Shown here: positions 9,159 through 19,481 of the stretch, piece after piece
How the letters are laid out: every line of letters starts with the position of its first letter
Numbering within the stretch: the stretch's first letter is position 1
Source: Candidatus Heimdallarchaeota archaeon
GTDB taxonomy: Archaea > Asgardarchaeota > Heimdallarchaeia > JABLTI01
DNA length: 64,000 nucleotides
Direction of reading: 5' to 3'
Assembly: GCA_019058275.1 (NCBI GenBank)
Contig: JAHLVW010000108.1
Coordinates: 1-64,000 of the forward strand
Notes under the pieces: generated by a model
The model's database searches: none
What the model was told of the DNA's origin: nothing
The model's input: only the letters and a program-made list of their open reading frames with translations
Translations under genes and position numbers: made by a program

Positions 9159-10232
9159 ATGTCTTTACGTCCAACATATAGAGCTATTGGAATTGACCTA
9201 GGTACTTCTACCATTAAGCTCTCCTGTGCTGATCATTTAAAGAAAATACCTTCTATAGTTGGCACCCCACTTGAGGGATGGAAAGGATTCAGTGGTGATT
9301 CGTCGCTTGAAATGAATTTGGTAATAAATGATGGCAATAGAACTTTATACGTTGGAGAGCTTGCTAGACTTCAAAGTGAAATAAAAAGGGAAATTGCTAG
9401 TGAAGGGAAAGTAAAAAGTATAGAAGATGCCGTTTTAGCTATTAAAGCGAGTTTAGCACTTATTTCTGACAAAGATTATGATCAAATAGTTATGGCCACT
9501 GGTGTTCCTGTAGCTTCATCAAAGAAAGAAATGGTCAAACTCGCCAAAGGTTTGAAAGGGAATATGGAAATTAATGTTGAAAATGAAGCTACAGGAGAAA
9601 AAATTAATCGTAAGCTTACAATTAAGCATTGCATAGTTATGCCTGAACCCTTTGGAACGTATTATTATACCTTGAAAACTGAAGGGGAATCAAGAGCTGT
9701 TGATGCTATTGTTATTGATGTAGGTCATGGCTCAACTGATATTTTGACATTATATGAAGGAAGATTAATGCGACAAGCTTCTGGAAGCTTAGAAGAGGCT
9801 ACCGATACATTAACACGTAGGATTGCTCAAGAATTGCAAAATCAAACAGGGAAGATTCTAAGACCCTTTGATCTCATGACATCACTTTCTCAAGGAAAGG
9901 ATGTTTTGACGATTGGAGGTGAACGTTGGGATATACTAGGAATGAAAGAGTATCACATTGAGAATATTGCAGACGTTATTTTAGATGAAGTTAATAGACT
10001 AATAGGAACCTTGCCACCAGATGCAATAATTGAAAAAGTAATTTTGTGTGGTGGAGGAATTCACCTCTTTGGTGATAGATTAAGACAAGGTTTTGAATAC
10101 GCAGGATTATCCGAACACCCAGAGATGTTGATAATGCCTGAAAATCCAGTAATGTCCAATGCCATGGGCTTTGAACTATTTGCTAGAAAATTCATCACAG
10201 ACTTAGGAGATAATGGGCAAAATGAGTTCTAA
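9159..10232 (+). CDS. ParM/StbA-family actin-like ATPase
   Basis: Phosphate-1 IGIDLGTS, YVGELA, connect-1 MPEP, phosphate-2 VIDVGHGSTD, adenosine LCGGG, connect-2 NPVMSNAMGF. Confidence 0.9.
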   Translation: MSLRPTYRAIGIDLGTSTIKLSCADHLKKIPSIVGTPLEGWKGFSGDSSLEMNLVINDGNRTLYVGELARLQSEIKREIASEGKVKSIEDAVLAIKASLALISDKDYDQIVMATGVPVASSKKEMVKLAKGLKGNMEINVENEATGEKINRKLTIKHCIVMPEPFGTYYYTLKTEGESRAVDAIVIDVGHGSTDILTLYEGRLMRQASGSLEEATDTLTRRIAQELQNQTGKILRPFDLMTSLSQGKDVLTIGGERWDILGMKEYHIENIADVILDEVNRLIGTLPPDAIIEKVILCGGGIHLFGDRLRQGFEYAGLSEHPEMLIMPENPVMSNAMGFELFARKFITDLGDNGQNEF

Positions 10233-10878
10233 AAAACCAGCAACTGACAAAACAAAGAAGAGTACATCTAAGTCTAGTACTAAGAAAGATACACAAAAGA
10301 CTAAGAAAACTAAGACTAGCAAGGAAAAAACAAAAGAAGAAGAAACTGAAGAAGAGAAAGGAAAAAGAAGAAGTCTCATTTCAGCTTTAAAGAGAAGTAT
10401 TTCAGTAAAAGGTGGAACACCTATGGGAGCTATCAAAGATCCTATGAATATTGTCATTACTTTAAGTCCTGCAAAACATGTTGATATCATAGAATACATT
10501 GAAGGAAATGTTCCTGCAGGTGGAAGGGCTGAATGGGTTCGTGATTCTATCAGATTGAAAATGCGTATCGAAAAAGGTGTTTATGGATTAAGCACTACTG
10601 GACAAGATATTACACAAAAAGATTCTGAGGAAGCACTTCAAAGTGTATTTGGTCAATTTGCTGAAGTTATGACGAGAGTAATGTCTGATCTCAAAACAAG
10701 CCAACCTGCTCCCAGACAAGTTGAAGCTTCACCAAGACCAGCTCCAAGGGAAAGACCAGTGCGTGGTGGACCACCTCAATTAAGGAAATTAGAGATTGAT
10801 GAGAGTGCTATAGAAGAAGCAAAACCAGATAGACCTTCATTAGACGATGCTATAGGAGCAATTGTTGTCGTGGAATAG
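10213..10878 (+). CDS. ParR-like ribbon-helix-helix protein with Lys-rich N-terminus and disordered C-terminus
   Basis: Overlaps the ParM-like gene. Core IVITLS-KHVDIIEYIEGNVPAGGRAEWVRDSIR has RHH layout and resembles plasmid ParR as remembered. Confidence 0.6.
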   Translation: MGKMSSKKPATDKTKKSTSKSSTKKDTQKTKKTKTSKEKTKEEETEEEKGKRRSLISALKRSISVKGGTPMGAIKDPMNIVITLSPAKHVDIIEYIEGNVPAGGRAEWVRDSIRLKMRIEKGVYGLSTTGQDITQKDSEEALQSVFGQFAEVMTRVMSDLKTSQPAPRQVEASPRPAPRERPVRGGPPQLRKLEIDESAIEEAKPDRPSLDDAIGAIVVVE

Positions 10879-10909
10879 GCTGTGAAAAATAAATAATGAG
10901 TGGAAGAAA

Positions 10910-12025
10910 ATGAAGATTCTATACAAAATTCCTCTAGATACTAAAGATCTATCAAATTTTCTTGAAGATGAAAAGAATTTTCTCATTGGTTTTTTGGGTA
11001 AATTAGAAGAAGTAAATGCAAAACCATTGGCTAAGAAATCAGCTGATTTACTAACAAAATTGAAAGAGGAACTACCTTCTGAAATTGAAATGATATTTCC
11101 ATTAAAAAATCCAAAAAATCAAATTCAGTCACTCCTTTCTATTGCCCAATCTTTTACGACAACATTCAAGAAGGCAAAACTCAAAGATTTTGGTATCAGC
11201 AGCAAGTGGGTTTTATTATCAAATGGATACCTAGGTAGTTTTGTTGAAGAGGATTATGAAATTGCTATATTACTTTATCTTATTGCTGCAATTTATCAAT
11301 CTCGAGCTTTAGCAAATGTTCAAACCAGCCCACAATATCGTTATTATTATATTTCTGCGCTTTCAGCACTATTGGGAGCAATTGAGTTCATGGATAGACT
11401 AACTCCAGATTCTGAACACTATGCTTATGCGTTTTATCAAATGCTGTTGATGCGAAAGCTTGATCTAGAAGCTGAAATAACAAAATCTGAAGCATTTAAT
11501 GCTAGAAAAAAGGGTGATTTTGATCGAGCAGCAAAGCTATTTGCAGGTGCAGCTTCATATCGATTTTCAATGATGAGTTATGAGCTTCCACCGGATTCAG
11601 ATAATAAAGTCAAAATTTACGCTTCAACTGAGCTTGGTATGGCTTGTTTCTACATAGCAGTAGGGTTAACCAATGTAAATGACTCCGAGAAAGCCTATTC
11701 CTATTTGCTTAAAGCAAGAAGCTACTTTGAAAATGCTGCAAAGCTCTCCGAAGATAACACAGATCTCTTAGAATCTGCTAATAAGAGGTTAGAATTAGTT
11801 AATCCATATATTGATCGAATTAAAGATACAATTGAACAAAGTGATATAAAAATTGAGGACATATCTGATCCACAACCACTTATGGTTCACCCAGAACCAA
11901 AACCAATTCTTTCACCCAATGACACAACTCAAGAACAAACTCTAATTTGCTCTAATTGTATCAAAAAAATACCATGGACCGATGTTTGTCCTGAATGTAA
12001 AGAAATCATAATTCCAATTGAATAA
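10910..12025 (+). CDS. Alpha-helical/TPR-like repeat protein with C-terminal Zn ribbon
   Basis: Ala/Tyr-rich helical repeats; C-terminal CSNC...CPEC. Confidence 0.65.
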   Translation: MKILYKIPLDTKDLSNFLEDEKNFLIGFLGKLEEVNAKPLAKKSADLLTKLKEELPSEIEMIFPLKNPKNQIQSLLSIAQSFTTTFKKAKLKDFGISSKWVLLSNGYLGSFVEEDYEIAILLYLIAAIYQSRALANVQTSPQYRYYYISALSALLGAIEFMDRLTPDSEHYAYAFYQMLLMRKLDLEAEITKSEAFNARKKGDFDRAAKLFAGAASYRFSMMSYELPPDSDNKVKIYASTELGMACFYIAVGLTNVNDSEKAYSYLLKARSYFENAAKLSEDNTDLLESANKRLELVNPYIDRIKDTIEQSDIKIEDISDPQPLMVHPEPKPILSPNDTTQEQTLICSNCIKKIPWTDVCPECKEIIIPIE

Positions 12026-12051
12026 AAGTCAAAATACTAAGAGGTCTTGCA

Positions 12052-12783
12052 TTGCTTATACACAAGTATCGAACTATTAGGTCCTTAAAGATCTGTTATT
12101 GGGGACCCAGCATGTCAGGAAAAACCTTTACTGTAACAGCAATTAAAGTCATGAAATCTTTAGAGAATCCTAAAAGTGTTTTCGATTTTGTAACAGTAGC
12201 AGATCAAGAAACAGGTCGAACTGTTTTCTTTGACCAAGCAGTTTTTGGGTTTGGTAATAAACCAGAAACTAATGAATTCTTGTTTAAAATCCATGTTTTT
12301 ACAACTGCAGGACAAAAAAGACTCAAAGAAACACGTAAAGTTGTGTTACAGGGAATTCGTGGTCTAGTTCTTGTAGTTGATGCTGATTTAGATAATTGGG
12401 AACAGAATATTTGGTCATTACGAGAATTAAAGGAACTAAAAGGAAACGATATTAAAGAACAGAAAATTCCCTGTACTGTTTTTGTAAATAAACAAGATCT
12501 TCCTTGGGGAAGGAAAATTTCTCACAGACATGTTGAGCAGCTTTTTAAAGCAGCGGAAGTATCGGATCTCTTTCCTGAGCTTAAGGGGTGTGTCTTTGGT
12601 GGCTCTTGTCAGCAAGCAAGAGATGACTTGGAACATCTCCTAAGAACTACTCCGAGAGATCTAATCCTTAACTCAAAAGGACAATTAAAACGGGAATTTC
12701 GACCAAAATCATTCAATCCGCTTATAAAATCACTTGAGAATATTGTAAAGCAGGTAATTAAGAAACAATTATTAGAAAAGTAG
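12052..12783 (+). CDS. MglA-family small GTPase
   Basis: KICYWGPSMSGKT, GRTVFFD, TTAGQ, RKVVLQG, NKQD match the MglA-type pattern. Confidence 0.85.
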   Translation: MLIHKYRTIRSLKICYWGPSMSGKTFTVTAIKVMKSLENPKSVFDFVTVADQETGRTVFFDQAVFGFGNKPETNEFLFKIHVFTTAGQKRLKETRKVVLQGIRGLVLVVDADLDNWEQNIWSLRELKELKGNDIKEQKIPCTVFVNKQDLPWGRKISHRHVEQLFKAAEVSDLFPELKGCVFGGSCQQARDDLEHLLRTTPRDLILNSKGQLKREFRPKSFNPLIKSLENIVKQVIKKQLLEK

Positions 12784-12975
12784 CATTTTTATCTAAAAAC
12801 ATAAGAATTAGCTCAAAGTATGCAACAATCGGTAATTATTAGTATTTGTTATGAAAAATCTGTTAAAGTATACTATATTTATATTTGAATTGCTAAGAAG
12901 TATATACAAGTGAAAAAATTCGACAAAAAGCAGGCTCTCACATAAATAGACCATTTGTAAAGGGATTGTGTAACT

Positions 12976-15900
12976 ATGTTTAAGAAATTCTTCTCTTGGT
13001 TGAAGAGACTCTTCAAAAGAAAGGAAAAAGAAGAAGTAATAGTAGAAACTCTCGAGATTACTGAAGTACTAGAAGAAGAGGAAATTGCAATTGAAGAATA
13101 TAGTCCAGATATTTTTCAAGTTGGAGAAGATGAAAGACAGCTTTTTGAAGAAGAAATGGAGCTTGAACAACAAGTTAGAGAGCTAAAAAGGGATAAAGAA
13201 ACCATTCAAAACATAGAACAATTACTTGATCAAATTACATCTGAAAAAGATATTTTTAAGATATTAGGAGCAGATGATTTTTGGAATGCAACAGCATACT
13301 GCACTACTGTTCGAGAGAAATTTGCTAAAGCTAAAGAAGATAAGGATGAAGAGCAACAACTCAAGCACTTTTGGCGTACAAACAAAATGTATATGCGTTC
13401 TCTGGAAGCTTATCGAGATGCAATAGCTAAAAGTGATATGCTAAGAGCTCGAGTAATGCTTCTAAATATTCGAATGCTCTATGATGTATTAATAGGAATG
13501 CATAAATTGAGTCAAAAGGTTATACCCAAACCACAAACTTTGGATATAGAAATGCGTAAAGAATATGTGAAAGATGTTCTTGTCGAAATCTTGGAAAAGA
13601 GTACTTTCCCTTTAAGCATTAAAGAAATCATTGATGAGGTAAGAAAAAGCGAATTAAAATCGGTTTTAGAGCTCTTCACTGAAGAATCCACTCAATTCTA
13701 TTTAGAATCACTTGTTGAGGATGAATTCATCAAGCAAATTAAAAGGTATATTGAGATTGCACCACCACCATTACCAAATATAACTCCAGAAATGAGTGAG
13801 TTAATACCAGAAGCAATCTTTGAGTATACCTACGCTCCTGATGTTAAAATGTATCGCAGAGAGGACATTGGCAGAGAAGAGCTGTCTGCTCTCTTTCCAC
13901 CTGAAATTTACAAAGGATTGCAAGAAAGAGGTTTTTATCGTATTGGAGATGTTCAGGGTCGTTTGGATGAACTTCAAAAGGTCTTACTTGAGGAATTAGA
14001 ATTTGAGCCGGATATGACTACTATTTCGATTGGTATATTAAGTGAACGCTTAGGACGTCTTGATTCAATACAACAAACACAATTAACTCAGAGATCACTA
14101 ATTGAAAAACGAAGGCTAACTCAAGCGAAGGTTGAAGAAGTCGGTAATATAGAAAGTGAAACACAAGAAGCAGAAATTCAGTCTGTGAAAGCTGAAAGAA
14201 AAGAGATCATCATGAACATAATAAATCAAGATATAATTAATTCACCAATACCTCGTCCTTATCAGCTAGAAGCATACTATATGTTCAAGGGTGATAATTA
14301 TAATGCAAGTATTATTGATTCTCCAACAGGTTCTGGTAAAACATTAATGGGAATGATGTGTATCCAGGACTGGTTAAGAACATTAAGAAAAGATGAATCA
14401 ATTTTAGTTCTTGTACCTACACTAAACTATCAATCACAGTGGGTTGATTCCATTTGCTTCAATGAGATTGGTTTGCAAATTTCTTCAAACTTTGTTTTCT
14501 CTGGAACAATTACCCAACTTGAGAATTTCATATCGAAAACACGTGAGATCCCACCAATTATTATTCTTACTTATACCTCACTTGCTCAAGTTCTCGGAGC
14601 TAAAACTAAAAAGGAACGAGAGCTTAAACAATTGATAAATTGGTTAGGTATTCGTAATGTTCTCTTTGACGAAGCTCATAAAATAGTTGAACAAGAAGCA
14701 AGTGCTACTTATCAAGTAGCTAAAAGACTTGTTAAACTATATAAGGGTGCACATATTGAGAATTTTATTGGTTTCTCCGGAACTGCTAAAGCTTATGAGA
14801 AAGATTTCAAACGTTTAGGATTAAAACTAATTTATATTGTTCCTGAGAAAGAACTTGTTTTACACGGATTTGTTGCTCCTATTGCTGAATTAGGTGTAAC
14901 CTTTGCTTACTCCGGTAGAGAGAAAGCTATTCGAGAGATTCACAATGAAATTAAGGTAAATATGAAACAGCTTTGGAGTTATTTCGGTTACAATAACATG
15001 CGACGCCAATTTCAAAAGATATCAATGAATGAACGTCTATTTATTTGTAAAGAACTTCTAGGAATGTATCAAAGTTACAGAAGTGATATCGTTACTGAGA
15101 AACTAAAACTAAAATTTGCAGAATGGGCACCAAGTAGAGAGAAAGGTCCACTAACATTAAATGATGTGAATCTAGTTCAAGCAGTTCAGATTTATAATGG
15201 ATGGTCTGATATTTCGTTAGCTTATAATTCAAATCACACTAATTCGGCTCGTGAAATAGTTGAAGAAACAGATGAGCTCATTATGCGTTTAGAACAACTA
15301 ATTCGAATACCTAGTTTGCAAAAAATGATAACAAGTGAGAAATATGGAAAAAGAATGCTTAAATGTAACACTCTTTACAATATTAGAAAGGAGAGTAAGA
15401 ATCGAAGAGAAGCGATCAAGAAAGTAAGAGATATTATGTGTTCTACAATGGTTGGAATCTACAGAGCACTCGACGTATGGGCTAGAACCAAAATTGGTGA
15501 AGGAAGAGTAGGAACGCTACAATCAATAATTAATGCAGAAGAAGAAATTAGAGATGTTAAGGGGGTAGTAATATTTGATAGAGGACGAACAATAAAAACT
15601 GAAAGTGAAACTGATATTGGATCTCCTGGTTTTTCTGGTGTAGGTGGAAGCTTTGCACAAAGCTTAGGAACTAATATTATCAAATACAATCCTATTGCTG
15701 TTCAATCCTCTGAAATGTATATTAGCTCTAATCCGAATTTGGAAAAGCCATTACAAGTTATGATGGCTGACTTTATTCGTAATGAAGTAATTGTGGATAA
15801 ACTAACTGAAAGGATTTTCATGGAAATTATTTATGAATTGCCTTTCCAAGATCAGCTTAGCAATTTCATTTATTTGACATTCAAAGAATTAATGGTAAGT

Positions 15901-17166
15901 TATGCTTCAACTTTGAAGAAAGTTTTTCGAGCTAGATATGGGGAATTTTCCAAGAAGGTTTTCCAACCATTAAGTGAATTCATAAATGAGATGGTAATTC
16001 TTGATGCAAATATAGCACTAGCAGTTAACTTGCTAAAAGATCGTATAGATAATCCATCGATAAGGATTAATAACATAGTGCTAATGCTTTTTGACTATGC
16101 AATTATCGCTCGTAAAATAGAATTTGCTAAGAAGAAAACATTACAGACAGCTTCAGGTGAATTACAAGATTATTATTCACTAAATATGCCTTCTGGTAGA
16201 CAGAAACAATTAATCTATGATCTTGTTTCTGACTTTCTTGATTCAGAAGAGCTACCTATTCAATTGGTTTTTGTTTCTTCCTGGGCAAGAACTGGATGGG
16301 ATGTTAGGACGCCTGACATTTTAATAGATGCAACAGCAACCCGAGATGTAACTGCTTGGCAGCAATTACGTGGAAGAGCTATGCGAGCTCTAGAAAGTTG
16401 GACTATTGAATGTTATAGTACAATTGCAATTCTTTTGGGTAAAAGTGGTAGTGCGAATAAGGTAATCCAAAGATTACCAATAGAGATGCAAAAAAATTTC
16501 AGGAAGATTAGAGAGGAATTTGCTCCAAAGGAAGAATTGAATGAAGAAATGATTGAACTTCTACATAATTCTATAGATGAAGCAAAAATTACTTCGGAAG
16601 ATAAAGTTGCATTAAAAATCAAAGTGAATTCTGGGAAGGTAAATAAATTATCAACAACAGAGAGAATGAAATTAATCATTTATCTTATGCTTGCTAAGAA
16701 TAAAGTTGCTCATATTTTTGAGATGGTTAAAGCGTCAGGTTCAACCAGACAAGTAGAATTAGACAAAGGAACCGGAACTTGGAGAAGGAAAGCTTCAATC
16801 GCTAAAAAACATAGAGATGAACCACTCTTACCAGTTCCAGGATCTGAAAGAAGAAGAGGTAAATATATTGCACCTTTAATCTATGCAAAAGATCCAACTG
16901 CAGATACCCCTTTAGAAGTACGTTCTACACTTAAGAATCTCTTACATAATCTAGATGAAGATTTATTGGATAATTGGGTTCTTTCACTGATTGAGGAAGG
17001 AGATACGCAACAACGTTTAACGGTGGATTCTGAAACTGAACGTGAGCGTGAAGATCTAGAAGCACTTGCTCGAGATGAAAAGATAACAGCACGACTAGAA
17101 ATAGATGGTGTAACAGAAGATTTATTGAAAGATTTCTTAAGTAAAATAGACTCTGTTGAGTTTTAG
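12976..17166 (+). CDS. Large superfamily 2 (DEAH) helicase-like protein
   Basis: PRPYQ, SPTGSGKT, LVPT, FDEAH, SGT, ARTGWD and QLRGRAMR motifs; long N-terminal region and large inserts. Confidence 0.85.
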   Translation: MFKKFFSWLKRLFKRKEKEEVIVETLEITEVLEEEEIAIEEYSPDIFQVGEDERQLFEEEMELEQQVRELKRDKETIQNIEQLLDQITSEKDIFKILGADDFWNATAYCTTVREKFAKAKEDKDEEQQLKHFWRTNKMYMRSLEAYRDAIAKSDMLRARVMLLNIRMLYDVLIGMHKLSQKVIPKPQTLDIEMRKEYVKDVLVEILEKSTFPLSIKEIIDEVRKSELKSVLELFTEESTQFYLESLVEDEFIKQIKRYIEIAPPPLPNITPEMSELIPEAIFEYTYAPDVKMYRREDIGREELSALFPPEIYKGLQERGFYRIGDVQGRLDELQKVLLEELEFEPDMTTISIGILSERLGRLDSIQQTQLTQRSLIEKRRLTQAKVEEVGNIESETQEAEIQSVKAERKEIIMNIINQDIINSPIPRPYQLEAYYMFKGDNYNASIIDSPTGSGKTLMGMMCIQDWLRTLRKDESILVLVPTLNYQSQWVDSICFNEIGLQISSNFVFSGTITQLENFISKTREIPPIIILTYTSLAQVLGAKTKKERELKQLINWLGIRNVLFDEAHKIVEQEASATYQVAKRLVKLYKGAHIENFIGFSGTAKAYEKDFKRLGLKLIYIVPEKELVLHGFVAPIAELGVTFAYSGREKAIREIHNEIKVNMKQLWSYFGYNNMRRQFQKISMNERLFICKELLGMYQSYRSDIVTEKLKLKFAEWAPSREKGPLTLNDVNLVQAVQIYNGWSDISLAYNSNHTNSAREIVEETDELIMRLEQLIRIPSLQKMITSEKYGKRMLKCNTLYNIRKESKNRREAIKKVRDIMCSTMVGIYRALDVWARTKIGEGRVGTLQSIINAEEEIRDVKGVVIFDRGRTIKTESETDIGSPGFSGVGGSFAQSLGTNIIKYNPIAVQSSEMYISSNPNLEKPLQVMMADFIRNEVIVDKLTERIFMEIIYELPFQDQLSNFIYLTFKELMVSYASTLKKVFRARYGEFSKKVFQPLSEFINEMVILDANIALAVNLLKDRIDNPSIRINNIVLMLFDYAIIARKIEFAKKKTLQTASGELQDYYSLNMPSGRQKQLIYDLVSDFLDSEELPIQLVFVSSWARTGWDVRTPDILIDATATRDVTAWQQLRGRAMRALESWTIECYSTIAILLGKSGSANKVIQRLPIEMQKNFRKIREEFAPKEELNEEMIELLHNSIDEAKITSEDKVALKIKVNSGKVNKLSTTERMKLIIYLMLAKNKVAHIFEMVKASGSTRQVELDKGTGTWRRKASIAKKHRDEPLLPVPGSERRRGKYIAPLIYAKDPTADTPLEVRSTLKNLLHNLDEDLLDNWVLSLIEEGDTQQRLTVDSETEREREDLEALARDEKITARLEIDGVTEDLLKDFLSKIDSVEF

Positions 17167-17190
17167 TATTTCCTCAACAGATTAACATTT

Positions 17191-17574
17191 TTAACTTGAA
17201 TTCTTTGCAAAGAAAAGAATCTTAGGTCTTCCTCGTTTATTAGTACGAACAGGCTTTTTCTCTACTTGCCCTTTCATGATTAGTTTAGCTAAGATATCGT
17301 ATAAAGTAGTTCTTGGCATATTAGTTAAAGATGCTAACGTATTCCTTGTAATAGGTCCTTTTTCTAACAAGATTTTAACTAAGAACTCCTCTATAGGTAC
17401 CTGTTTCATATCAAGCTTTTCTTCACCATATACGAAGGCTGTTCTTTGACTATAAACGATTTGATTATTCGAGACTTCCGTCTCTTCTAATTGCTTTCGG
17501 ATTAGTTTACTTATTTCCTCATTAATACTATATTCCTCGTTCACAATACATTCCCTCTCATATTGTTTATCCAT
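17191..17574 (-). CDS. Winged-helix (TrmB-like) DNA-binding protein
   Basis: GPITRNTLASLTNMPRTTLYDILAKL..KG.V...RGRP. Confidence 0.8.
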   Translation of the reverse strand: MDKQYERECIVNEEYSINEEISKLIRKQLEETEVSNNQIVYSQRTAFVYGEEKLDMKQVPIEEFLVKILLEKGPITRNTLASLTNMPRTTLYDILAKLIMKGQVEKKPVRTNKRGRPKILFFAKNSS

Positions 17575-17740
17575 CTTACTACATTTTAGTGAATAATAAA
17601 CCTTATGCGATATATCGATAATATAAATTTTTTTGGTATATTATACATTTAATATATTACTTCATCTGTTTTATTAATATAATGCATTTCAAAACTCTTT
17701 TAATCCTTTTTGAATAAAGAGACTTAAGGTAAATTAGAGT

Positions 17741-18154
17741 GTGACAAATCTGAAAGGGCAGAATATCGATTTCTCTACTAGAATTATTAATCCTAAAAAG
17801 AGAAATTCTTCATCTGGCAATAAAAAAGATTATAAGAATATCTCAGGTGATTTTGTAGAATTCAAAGCTAGTGTAATAAAAAAAGATAAGCTTGATAAAA
17901 TATCACAACTTCAAGGAACAAATGTTATTTTCAGTATTGCTAAAATTTCCAAATGGTCTTGGGAAGAAAAGAAACCTGCTGTCTGCATGATTTGTAAGTT
18001 AGCATTAAAATCTGGGCAAAATGTTGCCCGTTGCCCAATGTGTCATTCACTCTTTCATAACGAACATGTTTTCGAGTGGTTAAAAATAAAAGGGAAATGT
18101 CCTGTTTGTTTGCAAAGTTTACACCCTGGAGGAACAGAGGAAGTTAAACTTTAA
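17741..18154 (+). CDS. RING-finger protein (putative E3 ubiquitin ligase)
   Basis: CMIC...CPMCHSLFHNEHVFEWL...KCPVC. Confidence 0.85.
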   Translation: MTNLKGQNIDFSTRIINPKKRNSSSGNKKDYKNISGDFVEFKASVIKKDKLDKISQLQGTNVIFSIAKISKWSWEEKKPAVCMICKLALKSGQNVARCPMCHSLFHNEHVFEWLKIKGKCPVCLQSLHPGGTEEVKL

Positions 18155-18193
18155 TAGTTGTTTTAGAAAGATAAAGAAAAGAGCTGTTAGATT

Positions 18194-18826
18194 ATGAGTA
18201 AAAATCCAAAAACCAAACAAAAATTCAATATTGATGTGATAAAAACACCAGAAGGTCATGTACCAACTGTTGATAGCTTTCACAAAGTAATTGATGGGTT
18301 ATTTGGTGAAGTATTAGATACCAGAAAAGATATTGCTAAATTAATTCCAAATTTGGAAAACGAGCTTGGTAATCTCAGAGAAATTTTAGCCCAACAAATG
18401 GTTCTTTTTGAGATCATTAATGATAATATCTTTAAGCTAGAAAAGGAAATTAAAGCCCAAGATAAAAAAATAACTAAAATTCAGAAAACAACAACCGATT
18501 TGAGTGTAGGTGGACAAACAGAAGCAGATCTCACGGAAGAAACTAAAAAAGCATTAGCTAAACTTGTTCGTCGTGAGTTACAAATAGGAACCAAACCAAT
18601 TTATGATTCATTAAAAATGCTTGAGAATGAAATATCAAAATCAAGTGCTGCCACCTTGAAAAAAGTCGAGAAGCAACTTGATAACATAAAGGATCAAATT
18701 GATGATTTATCCTCAAAATCAGAGCTACAAATGTTGGAAATATTAGAAAGCGTTAATCAGGAACCAATTAAAAGACAAACCAAATCATCAGCAACACGTA
18801 CAACTAAGAAGAGATTAACTTCTTAA
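18194..18826 (+). CDS. Hypothetical coiled-coil protein
   Basis: Heptad-rich 210 aa ORF following the RING gene. Confidence 0.6.
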   Translation: MSKNPKTKQKFNIDVIKTPEGHVPTVDSFHKVIDGLFGEVLDTRKDIAKLIPNLENELGNLREILAQQMVLFEIINDNIFKLEKEIKAQDKKITKIQKTTTDLSVGGQTEADLTEETKKALAKLVRRELQIGTKPIYDSLKMLENEISKSSAATLKKVEKQLDNIKDQIDDLSSKSELQMLEILESVNQEPIKRQTKSSATRTTKKRLTS

Positions 18827-18960
18827 CAGAAATGATTATTCAGAAAGATAATACTAATTATTTTTCAAAATTAGTAGAAAAAAAAAATAAAGTATGATTG
18901 GTTTTCTAGTATAGTGTAGAATCTGGGTTAGTTAAAATAGGAGGGGCAAAAAAAAACCCC

Positions 18961-19383
18961 TTAAGAAATTTCTAGAACAGAAATATCGACTTTAGAAACG
19001 CCGTCAATATCAGCTAATTCTTCTTTAATTGTCTCCATATTCACATTCTTAAATTCTTTCGAATCAATATAACCTTCGTATACACAACTTTCTTGTGTAA
19101 AGCATAATCCTGTAGAATACAGGGTTTTTATTCCGGCTTTCATAAATAATGAACCCATTTTCTTTAAGAAGTCTGGACTTAGTTTTCCAATCTCAATTCC
19201 CACTTTGTAAACTTTGTCACTTGTCGTGGGAATAATTCTAATAATTTTGGTACTTGGTGCAAGTATCATAACCGCAAAATTTCCTTCTTCAGGTTTTAAT
19301 GCGTCTAAAAATGTCTGGGGTAATTGGATAGGTTGCCCTACTTCAAGCTTACACATCTTTGCTACAGTTACTTCTGTTGTCAT
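18961..19383 (-). CDS. AbrB-like N-terminus plus ACT-like domain, putative regulator
   Basis: IQLPQTFLDAL swapped-hairpin-like start; C-terminal ACT-like ...IKEELADIDGVSKVDI. Confidence 0.55.
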   Translation of the reverse strand: MTTEVTVAKMCKLEVGQPIQLPQTFLDALKPEEGNFAVMILAPSTKIIRIIPTTSDKVYKVGIEIGKLSPDFLKKMGSLFMKAGIKTLYSTGLCFTQESCVYEGYIDSKEFKNVNMETIKEELADIDGVSKVDISVLEIS

Positions 19384-19481
19384 TACTGCCTCTCCTTCAT
19401 AAGGGGAATTTAATAATATTATCTCATTAAATTAATCCCTTTGGTGTATATATAATTTACTTTTTGACACCTTTTTAGCAA

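Noticed and set aside
9159-10232. Lokiactin or eukaryote-like actin
   Set aside because: Lacks actin-specific DNGSG and TEAPLNP-type motifs; pattern and RHH neighbour fit ParM/StbA.
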